DNA of 6,472 bases from Alphaproteobacteria bacterium (lineage in GTDB: Bacteria; Pseudomonadota; Alphaproteobacteria; Rs-D84). A program made the position numbers and the translations under genes. The stretch's first letter is position 1; the number at the start of each line of letters is the position of its first letter. The notes beneath the pieces are model-generated. The model saw only the letters and a list, made by a program, of their open reading frames with translations, did no database searches and was not told where the DNA came from. Below, piece after piece: positions 6,177 to 6,472 of the stretch. The DNA is taken from positions 1 through 6,472 of the forward strand of contig JAFVFD010000001.1 of NCBI GenBank assembly GCA_017475605.1, given 5' to 3'.

Positions 6177-6230
6177 GGGCAATGTCCTTGAAATACAAGA
6201 GACACAAGCGATATTTCAAAGACATTGCCC
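6177..6230 (+). promoter_or_regulatory. Long near-perfect inverted repeat (19-nt arms, 16-nt loop) in the predicted 5' leader of the HU gene
   Basis: GGGCAATGTCCTTGAAATA (6177-6195) pairs with TATTTCAAAGACATTGCCC (6212-6230): 18 of 19 positions, with a single C/A mismatch. The loop is CAAGAGACACAAGCGA. It lies between the -10 (6156-6161) and the SD (6270-6275), and no U-tract follows. Confidence 0.5.
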
Positions 6231-6281
6231 ACGAACTGCGGGACACACCTTAATTAAATATTTAATGAAAAGGAGAAACAC

Positions 6282-6472
6282 ATGAACAAAGCTCAATTGA
6301 TTGAAGCTATTGCAAACGAAATCAACGTTACCAAAGCAACAGCAGCGGCATCCGTTGATGCATTCATCAACACAGTTACAAAAGTTCTGAAGAAGAAAGG
6401 CGACGTTCGCTTGGTTGGCTTCGGCACATTTACAACTGCAAAACGCAAAGCAACAACTGGCCGTAATCCTCA
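6282..6472 (+). CDS. hup: DNA-binding protein HU (HU/IHF family), 3'-truncated by the window edge
   Basis: Not in the ORF track because no stop falls inside the window. The ATG at 6282 is preceded by the strong SD AAGGAG (6270-6275). Translation MNKAQLIEAIANEINVTKATAAASVDAFINTVTKVLKKKGDVRLVGFGTFTTAKRKATTGRNP matches the HU signature (MNK.QLI....; LVGFGTF; R.GRNP). Confidence 0.9.
   Translation, partial: MNKAQLIEAIANEINVTKATAAASVDAFINTVTKVLKKKGDVRLVGFGTFTTAKRKATTGRNP

Noticed and set aside
6177-6230. The long hairpin as the intrinsic terminator of the 159-aa gene, or a minus-strand terminator
   Set aside because: No T/U-run follows it on either strand (ACGAACTG on plus, GTCCTGCT on minus). 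It also lies downstream of a good promoter for hup, so a leader or operator role fits better. Read-through attenuation cannot be fully excluded.
1-6472. CRISPR arrays, tandem or dispersed repeats, IS or transposon ends, riboswitch/T-box/SRP/tmRNA-like conserved cores
   Set aside because: I found no repeated spacer-repeat periodicity, no terminal inverted repeats flanking a transposase-like ORF, and none of the conserved RNA core motifs I can recognise by eye. The only shared 8-mer noticed (GTTACCCC at 403 and 2485) is consistent with chance.

Overview
This window looks like ordinary core genome from an AT-leaning bacterium. The L28, RNase J, AlaRS and HU sequences look alphaproteobacterial, but that is inference only. 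Gene order: 3' part of rpmB (L28, +), tRNA-Leu(CAA) (+) with its own terminator, RNase J (-), an orphan 235-aa two-TM protein (+) convergent with alaS (-) across one bidirectional terminator, a 159-aa three-TM membrane protein (+) divergent from alaS, and the 5' part of an HU gene (+). I see no mobile element, CRISPR array, integrase, toxin or defence-type gene, and no multi-gene novel system. Five things merit a second look. (1) AlaRS stops cleanly just after the editing domain, so the coiled-coil and C-Ala domain are missing. (2) The family-less 235-aa membrane protein has His-rich motifs. (3) A near-perfect inverted repeat with 19-bp arms lies between the predicted promoter and the SD of the HU gene. 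(4) Lys-rich low-complexity extensions occur on RNase J (containing A8/A7/A6 runs) and on L28. (5) The 159-aa membrane protein has no recognisable family. All functional calls rest on motif recognition by eye; no searches were run.
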